From an uncultured Halobacteriales archaeon (lineage in GTDB: Archaea; Halobacteriota; Halobacteria; Halobacteriales; SKSH01), in assembly GCA_964502835.1 (NCBI GenBank), contig CAZCYF010000004.1:27548-91547 (forward strand): a DNA stretch of 64,000 nucleotides, given 5' to 3'. Below are positions 6,766 through 16,789 of the stretch, in pieces. The notes below the pieces were generated by a model, which was not told where the DNA came from, did no database searches, and was given only the letters and a program-made list of their open reading frames with translations. A program made the position numbers and the translations under genes. The stretch's first letter is position 1. Each line of letters starts with the position of its first letter.

Positions 6766-8685
6766 TCAATCAGTGTCGATGTCGTGCTCGGCAGCGCGTC
6801 GACGGGTCTCCTCGATGAACGACCGTGGTAGGCGGTCGATCTCGCCGGCCTGAACGCGCCACAGGTTTGCATACAGGCCATCAGCCTCGAGGAGGGCCCC
6901 ATGCGTTCCGCGTTCGACGATGTGCCCGTCCTCGATGACGAGGATGCAGTCTGCATCACGCACCGTCGAGAGCCGGTGGGCGATGACGAACGTGGTACGA
7001 TCGGCCGCGAGCTCGTCGATCGAGCGCTTGATCAACAGCTCCGTTTCCGTATCGACGGCCGAGGTCGCCTCGTCAAATACGAGGATGTCCGGATCCTGCA
7101 GGATCGTCCTCGCAATCGCGACTCGCTGCCGTTGGCCACCTGAGAGTTTCACCCCGCGCTCGCCGATGTCGGTGTCGTAGCCGTCTTCGAGGGCGGAAAT
7201 GAACTCGTGAGCCTCGGCTTGCTTGGCAGCCTCGATCATCTCGCGGTCGCTGGCGTCGAACGACCCGTACATGAGGTTCTGCCGGACCGTTCCGTCGAAC
7301 AGGAAGTTCTCTTGACCGACGTAGCCGATCGCCCGGCGGAGGCTGGCCAGAGTGACGTCTCGCACGTCGTGGCCGTCCACGCGAACCGCCCCCTCGTCGA
7401 CGTCATGCAACCGCAAGAGAAGCTTGACGATGGTCGTCTTCCCGGCACCCGTCGGTCCAACGAAACCGACGGTCTGTCCGGGATCGACCTCGAAGTCGAC
7501 GTCCTCAAGCACCGGATGTTCGTCGTAGCCGAAGGTGACCCCGTCGTAGGTGACGCCGCCCCGAACGGGATCGAGGTCGATCGCATCGGGAGCATCCTTG
7601 ATTCGCACCGGGAGCTCCATGAGACCGAGGATTCGCTTCGTGGAGGCCCGTGCATCCTCGTATCGGTCGACGATGTTGCTCATCTGGGCAAGCGGGTTAA
7701 CCAGCTGTTCGGTCAGCAACAAGAACGTGACGAGGTTGCCAACGCTCAGCGTGCCCGAAAGCGGGCCTGGTGGCCCCTCGATGATCCATAAACCCCCGAC
7801 GATGAACGTCGCGATGAACGAAAGCGACGTGAGGGCCTGCAGCCCCGGCCGGTAGATGAAGTTCAGCCGCAGAGCGAGCCAGTCCAGCCGAAAGTACGTG
7901 TAGGAATGGTCACGAACGCGCTCGTCCTCGTACTCCTCGGTGTTCGAGGCCTTGATCACCTGGATGCCGTTGAGGTTGTTCTCCAGGCGGCTGTTGAGGT
8001 CCCCAACGGAGGCACGGATGTCGGTATATCGTTCCTCGGCGAGACGCATGAACCACCAGGTGAAGACCGCCGCGAGCGGAATGATGACCAGCGTCACCAT
8101 CGCCAGCTGGGCGTTGATCCAAAAGAGGATGATCGCCGTACCGACGATCATCACACCGAGCTGGATGGCCTCGCCCATCATGCTATCCAGGAACTGTTCG
8201 AGGCGGTTCGTGTCGTTCGAAAGGATCGACAACAGCTCGCCGGTTTGGACCTCGTTGAAGAAGTCCATGTCCAGGCGTTGCATCTTCTGGTAGGCCGCCG
8301 TCCGTACCTCGTGTTTGACCCGGTGTGAGAACAGGTTGAGCGAGGACATCCGGACGAAGTTGAGGAAGGCCTGGCCGACCATGGCCACGGCCATGAGCCC
8401 GATCACGAGCCAGAGCTGATCGACGGTGTCGGTCGGCAGCCATGCCGTCGGGACCACTGGTAACGCGAAGGGCTGATCGCCGCGGAGGACGGAATCGATT
8501 GCTACCCCCAACAATACCGGTGGGACGAGGGCCAGGAATCGAGCGCCAACGCTCGAGAGAATCCCCACAACGAACCACCGGCGGTTGCCGTCGCCGTACC
8601 GCATAAACAGCTGGGTGAGGGGGCGATCAACCGATTCTCGATGTCGTTCGATGGTGTCAGGATCGAACGGCTGTCCCGTGCTCAT
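6766..8685 (-). CDS. ABC exporter, fused permease/ATP-binding protein (MsbA/MdlA-like)
   Basis: Six-TM N-terminal domain, Walker A GPTGAGKT, signature LSGGQRQ, Walker B ILVFDEATS, H-loop IAHRLST. Confidence 0.93.
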   Translation of the reverse strand: MSTGQPFDPDTIERHRESVDRPLTQLFMRYGDGNRRWFVVGILSSVGARFLALVPPVLLGVAIDSVLRGDQPFALPVVPTAWLPTDTVDQLWLVIGLMAVAMVGQAFLNFVRMSSLNLFSHRVKHEVRTAAYQKMQRLDMDFFNEVQTGELLSILSNDTNRLEQFLDSMMGEAIQLGVMIVGTAIILFWINAQLAMVTLVIIPLAAVFTWWFMRLAEERYTDIRASVGDLNSRLENNLNGIQVIKASNTEEYEDERVRDHSYTYFRLDWLALRLNFIYRPGLQALTSLSFIATFIVGGLWIIEGPPGPLSGTLSVGNLVTFLLLTEQLVNPLAQMSNIVDRYEDARASTKRILGLMELPVRIKDAPDAIDLDPVRGGVTYDGVTFGYDEHPVLEDVDFEVDPGQTVGFVGPTGAGKTTIVKLLLRLHDVDEGAVRVDGHDVRDVTLASLRRAIGYVGQENFLFDGTVRQNLMYGSFDASDREMIEAAKQAEAHEFISALEDGYDTDIGERGVKLSGGQRQRVAIARTILQDPDILVFDEATSAVDTETELLIKRSIDELAADRTTFVIAHRLSTVRDADCILVIEDGHIVERGTHGALLEADGLYANLWRVQAGEIDRLPRSFIEETRRRAAEHDIDTD

Positions 8686-9081
8686 CAGCGAGGTAGGTGG
8701 CCCGGGCTTTCGGGGCTGCCCGAATAAACTGCACGACCGCCCGGAGGGTGCACCTCGAAGCATGACACCGATGTCGCTCCGACGATCCGACCGATCCATC
8801 GTCGAGCCAGGGGTGTAGAGGTGGAGGTGGGCTGGGACGGGTCGTTATCAGCAGGAAATCATGTCACGTTCCATACTGGAATGGTGGCCAGCAAATGTTT
8901 ACCACTTATCACGTCGTGGACATCGAGTCGATGCCTACCCCAGACCTCGCAATCGTCCCGTTCTGTCACCTCCGTGCCGTCGCCCCTCCCCGTCCCGTCC
9001 AACGTCTCCGGATCGGTTCACAAGCAGTCGGACCTCCTCGGCCAAGTTACCCCGGAGCGTCGATTGGGCGGTGGTGACACG

Positions 9082-9612
9082 ATGACTGCGACCGGGCACG
9101 CGATCGCCCCGCTCATGTTCGAGTGGCCCGGTATCGGTTTGCCGACACCCCCCGACATCACAGTCCCGCTGGTCGTCGTGGCGGTCGTATTTGTCGCACT
9201 TCCTGGCGGTGATTGGTTGTTGAACCTCGTGGTCGATTCGTATCAGCGTCTGTTCAGGCCACCACACGATCCGGAGGGATTTACCCCGGCATATCTCGTA
9301 ATGTCGAGCAAACTGTGGCTCGATGTAGCCATCGTGATGGCCATCCTCTGGCTCCACGACATCGCACCGACGGCGATCGGCCTCACGCCCCCGTCATGGT
9401 GGCTCACGACCCTATCGGTCGTGGGCGGAGGGTGCCTCGGGTGGGGTATGGGGTTCGTCTACGGCCAACCAACACTCACGGCCGCGGCGGTTTCGGGTCA
9501 CCAAGGAGGGCGACGACCGAGGCGAGTTCCTCGGACCGGCGATCGGACCCACTCATGGGTGCCCGATTTGCAGGGATGGGCCTTCTACTTCGTCATCGCG
9601 ATCGCTGGCTGA
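9082..9612 (+). CDS. Hypothetical membrane protein, possibly truncated
   Basis: GGTGGTGA SD-like sequence upstream of ATG 9082 and three to four hydrophobic segments. The C-terminal part is low-complexity and the ORF ends abruptly after a hydrophobic segment. Confidence 0.4.
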   Translation: MTATGHAIAPLMFEWPGIGLPTPPDITVPLVVVAVVFVALPGGDWLLNLVVDSYQRLFRPPHDPEGFTPAYLVMSSKLWLDVAIVMAILWLHDIAPTAIGLTPPSWWLTTLSVVGGGCLGWGMGFVYGQPTLTAAAVSGHQGGRRPRRVPRTGDRTHSWVPDLQGWAFYFVIAIAG

Positions 9613-9633
9613 TGGGTGAAATCGAACCGGCGG

Positions 9634-10809
9634 TTATGAGCCAACGTCGGAACCGACGCCGTGATCTTCGAGTAGTTCGCGCAGGCGTTCGTCGAGAACA
9701 TCGCCGTTCGACACGACGGCGTTGACGAGCAACCGTCCCCCGATCGTCGCCGGACTGATCACCGTATCGGCACCGGCATTTCGCATCTTGGCGACGTTTT
9801 CCGTGTTCGAGGCGGCGGCCACGATGCGGACGTCCGGAGCGACGTCGTTGGCCGTGAGGATGGCGAGGACGTCATGCGCGTCATCCTCCGTGGCCACGAT
9901 CACGGCCCGCGCTCGCTCGATCCGGGCGCGTCGCAGGGTCTCCTCGTCCGTGGCGCTCCCTTCGAGGACGGCGTGACCCTGCGCCTGGAGGCGCGAGACG
10001 GCTTGGTCGTCCGTCTCGAGGACCAGATAGTCGACGCCGGGCGCGAGGCCCTCAAGGATCGACGGCGTCAGCTCGCCGACGCCCAGCACGAGCACATGAT
10101 TCTCCAGTGCTTCGAGTTCGGATTCGCTCATCCGTCCGAGTGCCTTCGCGAATCGCGATTCGATGGCGGGTGTCAATAAGGTACCGAGGGCGACCGCGAA
10201 GCTGACCGTTGCGAAGACCACCACGCTCAAGCTGAACAGCCGGGCGATCTGCGTGATCGGGACGGCGTCACCGTAGCCGACGGTGGTGGCGGTGATGGCC
10301 GTGTAGTAAAAGGCATCGAGGAGGGTGCGAATCTCGCGGAATTCGTCACGAAGCGCGTACGAGCCGAAGGTGCCGTAGGCGAAGGCACCCACCACCGCGA
10401 TGGCGGCGGCCACCTGGGTGGCATCGAGCGTCAACGGCCGGGTGAAGTTGTCCCGATTGGTCGCGAGCGTTGGCAACGCCGCCAGCGACAGGACCACCAG
10501 CGGCATTGAGAGGACGCTCGCCTGCACCAGCCCCTGCATCGACGACAGCGGCAACAACAACAGGGCCCCGTACCACCCGGCCCGGTAGCCTTGTCGGAGG
10601 AGATAGGCGTTCAAGAGCAAGAAGAAGCCCGTCATCGCGCCGGTGAACCCGGCTGCATCGGTGACGATCGGTGGGATAATCGGTTCGATCAGCCCGATGG
10701 GGACCGCGGTGGTCAGATGGAGGATCCCGGTGGCGAGCGACAAGAGCCCGACGAGACCGGTGAGCACGACCGCGAGGCGTCGACCGGCGAGTCGCTGGGC
10801 CACCCCCAT
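9634..10809 (-). CDS. Potassium channel protein with RCK/TrkA-N domain
   Basis: Selectivity filter TTVGYGD, cytoplasmic HVLVLGVG...GSATDEETLRRARIERA and NVAKMRNAGADTVISP, plus extra N-terminal TM helices. Confidence 0.92.
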   Translation of the reverse strand: MGVAQRLAGRRLAVVLTGLVGLLSLATGILHLTTAVPIGLIEPIIPPIVTDAAGFTGAMTGFFLLLNAYLLRQGYRAGWYGALLLLPLSSMQGLVQASVLSMPLVVLSLAALPTLATNRDNFTRPLTLDATQVAAAIAVVGAFAYGTFGSYALRDEFREIRTLLDAFYYTAITATTVGYGDAVPITQIARLFSLSVVVFATVSFAVALGTLLTPAIESRFAKALGRMSESELEALENHVLVLGVGELTPSILEGLAPGVDYLVLETDDQAVSRLQAQGHAVLEGSATDEETLRRARIERARAVIVATEDDAHDVLAILTANDVAPDVRIVAAASNTENVAKMRNAGADTVISPATIGGRLLVNAVVSNGDVLDERLRELLEDHGVGSDVGS

Positions 10810-10879
10810 GCGTCGGATCACACGCTCCTCCGACAAGAAGGGATACCCAACACGGTACCCGATCGCTGCGCTCGATCCG

Positions 10880-11686
10880 TCACCTGGCCTGGATCTCGTC
10901 GGTGGGGCGGTCCCTGGTGGATGGGTGGGGCACCACCATCGGTGAATCCGTCACGGGATTGGTAAGGACCCGAGTCTCGATTCCGTACGCCGTCTCCAGC
11001 AGCTCGGCATCGAGGACCTGAGCCGGGGGTCCCACCGCGTTCAACGAACCGCCTGCGAGGAGCGCCAACCGATCACAATAGCGCGCGGCCAGGTCGAGAT
11101 CGTGGATCGCCGCGATGACGGTCCGCCCTTCGTCCCGAAGTTCCGTGATCTGCTCGAACACGTCGATCTGGTGGTTGAGGTCGAGGCTCGCCGTCGGTTC
11201 GTCCAGGAGGAGGTTGGGCGCATCCTGGGCGATCGACCGTGCGAGGAGGACCCGCTTTCGCTCGCCGCCGCTAATCGACGTGAACGGCCGATCGGCCAGC
11301 TCCGCCGTTCGAGTCGCGGCCAGCGCCGATTCGACGCGGTCACGATCGTTCGGCTGCTCTCGATCGAACCGGCCCAGATGGGGATGGCGCCCCATCGCGA
11401 CGACCTCGCGCACGGGAAAATCAAACGAGAGTCCAGTCGCCTGGGGTACCACGGCTAGCCGTCGACTGGCCGCTTCCGACCGCAGTTCCGTGATGCGGTC
11501 GCCGTCGACACGGATCGACCCCCCATCTGGCGCCATGAAGCCGGCGATCAGTCGAAGGGTGGTCGTCTTGCCCGCACCGTTCGGGCCGATAAGTCCCACC
11601 AACTCGCCCGAGTCCACCGTGAGCGACACGCCCTCGAGGACGGCTGACTCCTCGTAGCTGAACCGAACGCCCTCGAGTTCGATCAC
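10880..11686 (-). CDS. btuD: Cobalamin/iron-chelate ABC transporter ATP-binding protein
   Basis: GPNGAGKT, SISGGERKR, LLLDEPT, AAIHDLDLAARYCD. Overlaps the upstream permease by 4 nt. Confidence 0.88.
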   Translation of the reverse strand: MIELEGVRFSYEESAVLEGVSLTVDSGELVGLIGPNGAGKTTTLRLIAGFMAPDGGSIRVDGDRITELRSEAASRRLAVVPQATGLSFDFPVREVVAMGRHPHLGRFDREQPNDRDRVESALAATRTAELADRPFTSISGGERKRVLLARSIAQDAPNLLLDEPTASLDLNHQIDVFEQITELRDEGRTVIAAIHDLDLAARYCDRLALLAGGSLNAVGPPAQVLDAELLETAYGIETRVLTNPVTDSPMVVPHPSTRDRPTDEIQAR

Positions 11687-12780
11687 AGGTGGTGCACCTC
11701 CCGGGTGGTCAACAAGTACAGGAAAAACGGCGCCCCGACGGCGGCCGTGACGATGCCCACCGGGACCTCGGCTGGACCGGATCGCGCAAGCGTGTCCGTC
11801 ACGACCAGGAAGATCGCACCCCCGAGGGCGGCCGTCGGAAGCAAGATCCGGTGGTCGGGCCCGACGAGCAGGCGCATCATGTGCGGGACGACGAGGCCGA
11901 CGAACGCGATGACACCCGAGACCGCGACCGCCGCCGCCGTGACGAGACTTGACACACCCAACAGCACGCGCTTGGTCCGTTCGACGGCGACACCGAGGTT
12001 GTGTGCCTCCTCCTCGCCGAGCAACAACACGTTCAGATCGCGGGCGTAGGCATACAATACGCCGAAGAAGACGATCGACACGGTGCCCGCGAAGGCGACC
12101 TCGCTCCAGGAGTTGCGATGGAGATGACCCATGAGCCAGTAGACCGCCTCCTGCAGGCCGTCACCGCTGTGCAAGATCAGATATGAGATCGCTGCACCGA
12201 GCAGCGTCTGAACCGCGACCCCGGCGAGCAAGAGTGTCGCGACGGGGGTTCGACCGTTCTCGGTGGCGATGAGATACACCGCTGCGGCGGCGAGAATTCC
12301 CCCAACGAATGCTGCCGGCCGAAGGCCGATCGGCACCAACTGCGGAACGGAGAGCGTCGCGACGGCGCCCACGGCGGCACCCGACGAGACACCGATGATC
12401 GCCGGGTCGGCCAGGGGGTTGCGAAAGAAGCCCTGCATCACGGTGCCTGCGGCGGCTAGGGCGAAGCCGACGACGGCGCCAAGCAGGATTCGAGGCAGCC
12501 GAAGCCCGATCACGATCTGCTGGTGTGTCCGTGGGACCTCGAAGTGAAACGGGTGTGACCACCGGAGGTCGACAGCGGGCATGGCCTCCCCCCAGATCAG
12601 GCCCTCACCCGAGGTGGTCAGTGCCACGCCGGTCGGCACGGCGACGGCGTTGAGCGTGCTTTTCAGGACGTCGAGGGGATGAATGTCGACCGGGCCGATG
12701 GTGGCGCTCGTGACGATTACTGCCCCGAGAACGACCATCAGGACGGCCGACCACCTCGCGACACGGGCGACCCCCACCAT
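11683..12780 (-). CDS. btuC: Cobalamin ABC transporter permease (FecCD/BtuC family)
   Basis: LRLPRILLG, QGFFRNPLADPAIIGVSSGA, GVIAFVGLVVPH motifs. Confidence 0.9.
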   Translation of the reverse strand: MVGVARVARWSAVLMVVLGAVIVTSATIGPVDIHPLDVLKSTLNAVAVPTGVALTTSGEGLIWGEAMPAVDLRWSHPFHFEVPRTHQQIVIGLRLPRILLGAVVGFALAAAGTVMQGFFRNPLADPAIIGVSSGAAVGAVATLSVPQLVPIGLRPAAFVGGILAAAAVYLIATENGRTPVATLLLAGVAVQTLLGAAISYLILHSGDGLQEAVYWLMGHLHRNSWSEVAFAGTVSIVFFGVLYAYARDLNVLLLGEEEAHNLGVAVERTKRVLLGVSSLVTAAAVAVSGVIAFVGLVVPHMMRLLVGPDHRILLPTAALGGAIFLVVTDTLARSGPAEVPVGIVTAAVGAPFFLYLLTTREVHHL

Positions 12781-12844
12781 AGACGTAATTCAGATTCGTT
12801 TGATGTAGTTAAATATTTATTGGGTTGTGCCGGGATTCACAGCC

Positions 12845-13951
12845 ATGACCACTGCAACACGGCGCTCAGTCGCGGCTGTCCTGGTGGCGTTGCTCCTGGC
12901 CAGCGCGATGGCCGTCGGTCCAGCCGCCGTCGGCGCGAACAACCATGACGACGTCACATGTGGATACCCAATGGAGTACACTGACGTTACCGGGACGACG
13001 GTGACCCTCGAGTCCGAGCCCGAACGGATCGTGACGCTCTCCCCAAGTGCCGCCCAGACACTCTGGCGGATCGATGCCCGCGAGAAGGTCGTCGGTGTGT
13101 CGATGCATGCGGGCTTCCTCGAGGGAGCCGGTGAGCGGACGAACGTCTCGGCCGATCCGCTGTCGACGGACCTCGAGACCGTCGTCGCACTCGAACCCGA
13201 CCTCGTCATCGCACCGAACGTGACGTCCACGGCTGAGGTCGCGGACCTGCGTGATCTCGGACTCGACGTGGTGCATTTCGGTGCGGCCACCTCCGTCGAT
13301 GACGTGATCGACAAGACGGCGACGATCGGACGACTCGTCGGTGCCTGCGAGGGGACCTCCGAAACGATCGACCAGATGGAAACGACCCTCCAGACCATCG
13401 CCGACGAGGTGCCACCTGCCGCCGAGCAGCCCACCGTCTATTACACCCTTGGCGACGGTTTCACCCCCGGGGAGGGCACCTTCCAAAGCGATGCCATCGA
13501 ACGGGCGGGCCTGCGAAACCTCGCGGTGGAGGCGGGGATTCAGGGTTGGAACCAGTTGAGCGAGGAGATCGTGGTCGATCGGGATCCCGAGTGGATTGCC
13601 CACACAAACCGGTTCCAAACACCACCAGTGAGCGAGGGTGTCTCCGCCGTCACCGCGATGCAGGAGGAGCAGATCATCACCCTTGATCCGAATCGCATCA
13701 GTCAGCCGTCCCCGGCGATAATCGACGCGGTCAAAGCAATCCATGAAGCGGTCTACGGTGAGCTCTCGACGCCGACACCAACGCCGCCGTGGACGTTCAC
13801 GCCAACACCAACCGCGACCTCGACGGACACGGCGGTTGCGACGACAACGGCCTCAGATGGGGCCGACGGGATTCCGGGATTCGGTCCGCTCGCGGCCGTC
13901 ACGGCGGTCCTCCTGACCCTCGCGTTCCTCGCCAGGAGACGCCAGTCCTAA
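12845..13951 (+). CDS. btuF: Cobalamin ABC transporter substrate-binding protein with PGF-CTERM anchor
   Basis: [16 protein letters not shown] and [14 protein letters not shown] periplasmic-binding motifs, Thr/Pro linker, C-terminal IPGFG + TM helix + RRRQS. Divergent from btuCD. Confidence 0.85.
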   Translation: MTTATRRSVAAVLVALLLASAMAVGPAAVGANNHDDVTCGYPMEYTDVTGTTVTLESEPERIVTLSPSAAQTLWRIDAREKVVGVSMHAGFLEGAGERTNVSADPLSTDLETVVALEPDLVIAPNVTSTAEVADLRDLGLDVVHFGAATSVDDVIDKTATIGRLVGACEGTSETIDQMETTLQTIADEVPPAAEQPTVYYTLGDGFTPGEGTFQSDAIERAGLRNLAVEAGIQGWNQLSEEIVVDRDPEWIAHTNRFQTPPVSEGVSAVTAMQEEQIITLDPNRISQPSPAIIDAVKAIHEAVYGELSTPTPTPPWTFTPTPTATSTDTAVATTTASDGADGIPGFGPLAAVTAVLLTLAFLARRRQS

Positions 13952-14003
13952 CCGACTCACTTTTGGCCCGGGCGGCGCCACCGTCCCTCAGAAGACCCCC
14001 ACC

Positions 14004-14288
14004 ATGCCGGATACGATCCTCTGGCCGGCGTATTTCGATGCCACCAAAAGCCGTGGCGATGGCCGGCGCATCCCCCTCGACATGGCCATCGACGAGCCAA
14101 CCGTCGACGAAATCGCCAAGGCGGTCCAGCAGGTGGGCTACGATGCCGTCATCGAACGCGACAAGACGTACCCCCGCCAACACTGGGACGACACCGGTCG
14201 GGTGGTCGTCAGCGGGGCCGACGACGAATCGAAAAACGACCTCGTCCAGGCAGTGGGTGCCTACCTTGGGGTCATTCGCGAGGAATGA
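14004..14288 (+). CDS. srp19: Signal recognition particle protein SRP19
   Basis: [20 protein letters not shown]...[11 protein letters not shown]...KTYPR. Confidence 0.95.
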   Translation: MPDTILWPAYFDATKSRGDGRRIPLDMAIDEPTVDEIAKAVQQVGYDAVIERDKTYPRQHWDDTGRVVVSGADDESKNDLVQAVGAYLGVIREE

Positions 14289-14518
14289 AACCGCTCGGCC
14301 AGCTCGTGCGAATCGCACAGGGCCGCGGTCTGCTCGAACACGCGAGCGACGAGGTCCCCGACACCGGTACAGCCGTGCTCGACGAGACGCTCGACGAGGT
14401 TGGACACGTGATCGCGGTCATCGGTCCGGTTGATCGTCCATGGATCGTGATCACGCCAACACCCGCAGTGGATCTCGTTGACCACCTCGGCGACCGATTG
14501 TACACCCACGATCGGTGA
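14285..14518 (+). CDS. gar1: H/ACA RNP subunit Gar1/Naf1 family protein
   Basis: [23 protein letters not shown]. The 4-nt overlap with srp19 fits the usual euryarchaeal gene order. Confidence 0.8.
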   Translation: MKPLGQLVRIAQGRGLLEHASDEVPDTGTAVLDETLDEVGHVIAVIGPVDRPWIVITPTPAVDLVDHLGDRLYTHDR

Positions 14519-14573
14519 CCGGACTGAGAGAGTAAGCACATCAGTCTTAACGGTCCAACTCACACGGCCGGGC

Positions 14574-15518
14574 ATGGAACGCCGTCGGATGCTGATCGGT
14601 GTCGCCGGTGCGGTCGGTATGATGCTAATCGTCCAACTGGGCGCACTACTGCTCGTGACCCCCTTCGAGGAAGCGGGCTACCAGGCGGTCGAGGACGGCG
14701 CAAATCCGGCATACGGCGCGGCCATGGTTGCGGTCGTCCTCGTGGCGACGGCTGGGTTGCTGTTGGCCCTCCGATACGGGCTGGAAACCCTGATCCGGGC
14801 CATGATGATCGGTGTTGCGGGGATGCTCGGCTGGTACGTGGCGTCGGTTTTGCCTCCCGTGGCCACGATCGGTGGTATCTCGGTGGTCCCCGCGGCGGTT
14901 GCGGTGGCGATCATCGCGGCCCTCGTGGTGTATCCTGAATGGTACGTCATCGATCTGACGGCCATCGTGATCGGCACCGGGGCGGTGGCTCTATTCGGCA
15001 TCAGCTTCTCCGTCTTGCCCATCGTCATATTGCTCGTCGTGCTTGCCGTGTATGACGCCATCAGCGTGTACGGAACCAAGCACATGCTCACGCTCGCGGA
15101 AGGTGCGATGACCATGAACCTCCCCATATTGGTCATCATCCCACTCACGACGGAGTTCTCCACCCGGTCGTTCGCGGACGACCCACCCGAAGCCGACACT
15201 GGAGGTGGCGACGACGATGACCGTCGCGAGGCGATCTTCCTCGGCCTCGGTGATATCGTCATCCCCTCGATCCTGGTCATCAGCGCGGCGGTCCACGGCA
15301 TCGGTGGCGGCGTCCTCACCGTGGGCGGGCTCGACCTCGGCTGGGCCGTCCTGGGCGGGCTCGTCGGGTCAGTGGTCGGAATCGTCGCCCTGTTGAGCCT
15401 CGTCCACCGCGGCGGTCCCCAGGCCGGGCTTCCCTGGCTCAACGGTGGTGTCTTGGTCGGGTACCTCCTCGGCGCCGTGCTCGACGGCGTCGACCTCCTG
15501 ACCGCGGTCGGCCTCTAG
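14574..15518 (+). CDS. Presenilin-family intramembrane aspartyl protease (PSH)
   Basis: LAVYDAISVY (YD), LGLGD (GxGD), PQAGLP (PAL-like), multiple TM helices. Confidence 0.93.
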   Translation: MERRRMLIGVAGAVGMMLIVQLGALLLVTPFEEAGYQAVEDGANPAYGAAMVAVVLVATAGLLLALRYGLETLIRAMMIGVAGMLGWYVASVLPPVATIGGISVVPAAVAVAIIAALVVYPEWYVIDLTAIVIGTGAVALFGISFSVLPIVILLVVLAVYDAISVYGTKHMLTLAEGAMTMNLPILVIIPLTTEFSTRSFADDPPEADTGGGDDDDRREAIFLGLGDIVIPSILVISAAVHGIGGGVLTVGGLDLGWAVLGGLVGSVVGIVALLSLVHRGGPQAGLPWLNGGVLVGYLLGAVLDGVDLLTAVGL

Positions 15519-16516
15519 TCACGCGCGGTCATGACGGCGTCGCCGCCGAACCACTCGAGCGACGTCCCGAGCCCGCGATCACGCGCTCGTTCAAACAGGA
15601 GGTGCGCACCGGCGACCGTCTCGAGGCCAGTCCCACCGCTATCGAACACCGTGATCTGGTCCGTCGAGGTTCGCCCCGGGGCGTCGCCAGTCACGACCGA
15701 CCCGAGCTCGGCGTGGACGTGATCCTCGGGGATCAGGTTCGCTGCACGGGCGGCGCGGTACGCCCCGGCGTCGCCGTCGAGCCGGTCCTCGAGGTCGATG
15801 ATGTACCGCGATCGGGCGACGGTCGTGGCGTCGATCTCGTGACGGTCCGGGTGGTACTGGCCCATGGCGGTCACGTGGGTCCCAGGGTCAAGCAACTCGC
15901 CGTCGAACACGGGGGTGGAACTGGTCGTCGCCGTGATCACGATGTCGGCGTCGGCGACGGCCTCCGCACTGGAGGTGACGGCCGAGACGCTCGCCGCCAA
16001 CTGCCCGTCAAACTCCTCGGCGAACGACTCACGGTGCGAGCGGGTGGGAGAGTACACGCGGACTGATTCGAGGTCACGCACGGTCGCGGTTGCCCGCAGC
16101 TGGCCAGCCGCCTGGACACCCGAGCCGATGAGGCCGAGCGTTCGTGCATCCGGAGTGGCCAGTGCATCGACGCCCACCGCGCCGGTCGCACCCGTCTTGT
16201 ACGGGTTCATCCAGGCGCCATCGATGATCGCGAGGGGGGCGCCCGAGTCCGCATCGAACAGCGGTGTGGCGAACCAGACGTCATCCGCCTCGAACCCCGC
16301 AGCATACATGTACCCGCCCATGACGCCGGTTTCGGGGAGGATGGCGGCATAGCCAGTCAGCATGCCGGCAGGTTCGTCTCGTGTCAACCGGTATCGAGGA
16401 TTGGCCGGTGCACCACGGCCGCGTTGCGCGTACGCCTCTCGAACGGCCGAGACGAAGGCAGCCGGTTCGGCGAGCCCGCGAACGTCCTCACTCGAGAGAT
16501 ACAGCGGCGGCCCCAT
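15515..16516 (-). CDS. Ornithine cyclodeaminase/mu-crystallin family protein (alanine dehydrogenase-like)
   Basis: KTGATGAVG, LIGSGVQA, ADIVITAT, HVTAMG, VFDSGGTGLE. Confidence 0.9.
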   Translation of the reverse strand: MGPPLYLSSEDVRGLAEPAAFVSAVREAYAQRGRGAPANPRYRLTRDEPAGMLTGYAAILPETGVMGGYMYAAGFEADDVWFATPLFDADSGAPLAIIDGAWMNPYKTGATGAVGVDALATPDARTLGLIGSGVQAAGQLRATATVRDLESVRVYSPTRSHRESFAEEFDGQLAASVSAVTSSAEAVADADIVITATTSSTPVFDGELLDPGTHVTAMGQYHPDRHEIDATTVARSRYIIDLEDRLDGDAGAYRAARAANLIPEDHVHAELGSVVTGDAPGRTSTDQITVFDSGGTGLETVAGAHLLFERARDRGLGTSLEWFGGDAVMTARD

Positions 16517-16566
16517 ATCGGATCATCGCAGGCGAACCAAAAAGGGATCCTGTTCTCCTGGTCGAC

Positions 16567-16785
16567 TCAATCGGCACGGACTTCGGCCGTGCGAGGGCCC
16601 GGCTCCTCCGTCCCCGCCGTCACCGGCGAACGGACGAACATGGCATGGCCGATCAGTAAAGCGGCAACTGTCGATGCGACCGGCACTGATTGGGCGAGAC
16701 TCAATCCCATGAACGAGAGGACGGCAGTCATCCCGGCGATCGTCAGGGGAATGAGGGCCAAAACGAGGTCGTAGTAAGAAGCCAT
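16567..16785 (-). CDS. Small two-TM haloarchaeal membrane protein
   Basis: MASYYDLVLALIP...ALLIGHAMFVRSP, a pattern I recognise from small haloarchaeal membrane proteins. A strongly AT-rich promoter region lies upstream. Confidence 0.7.
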   Translation of the reverse strand: MASYYDLVLALIPLTIAGMTAVLSFMGLSLAQSVPVASTVAALLIGHAMFVRSPVTAGTEEPGPRTAEVRAD

Positions 16786-16789
16786 AGTC

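Noticed and set aside
12781-12844. Possible cobalamin riboswitch between btuC and btuF
   Set aside because: The gap is only 64 nt and AT-rich, far too short for a B12 element. It is best read as overlapping divergent promoters.
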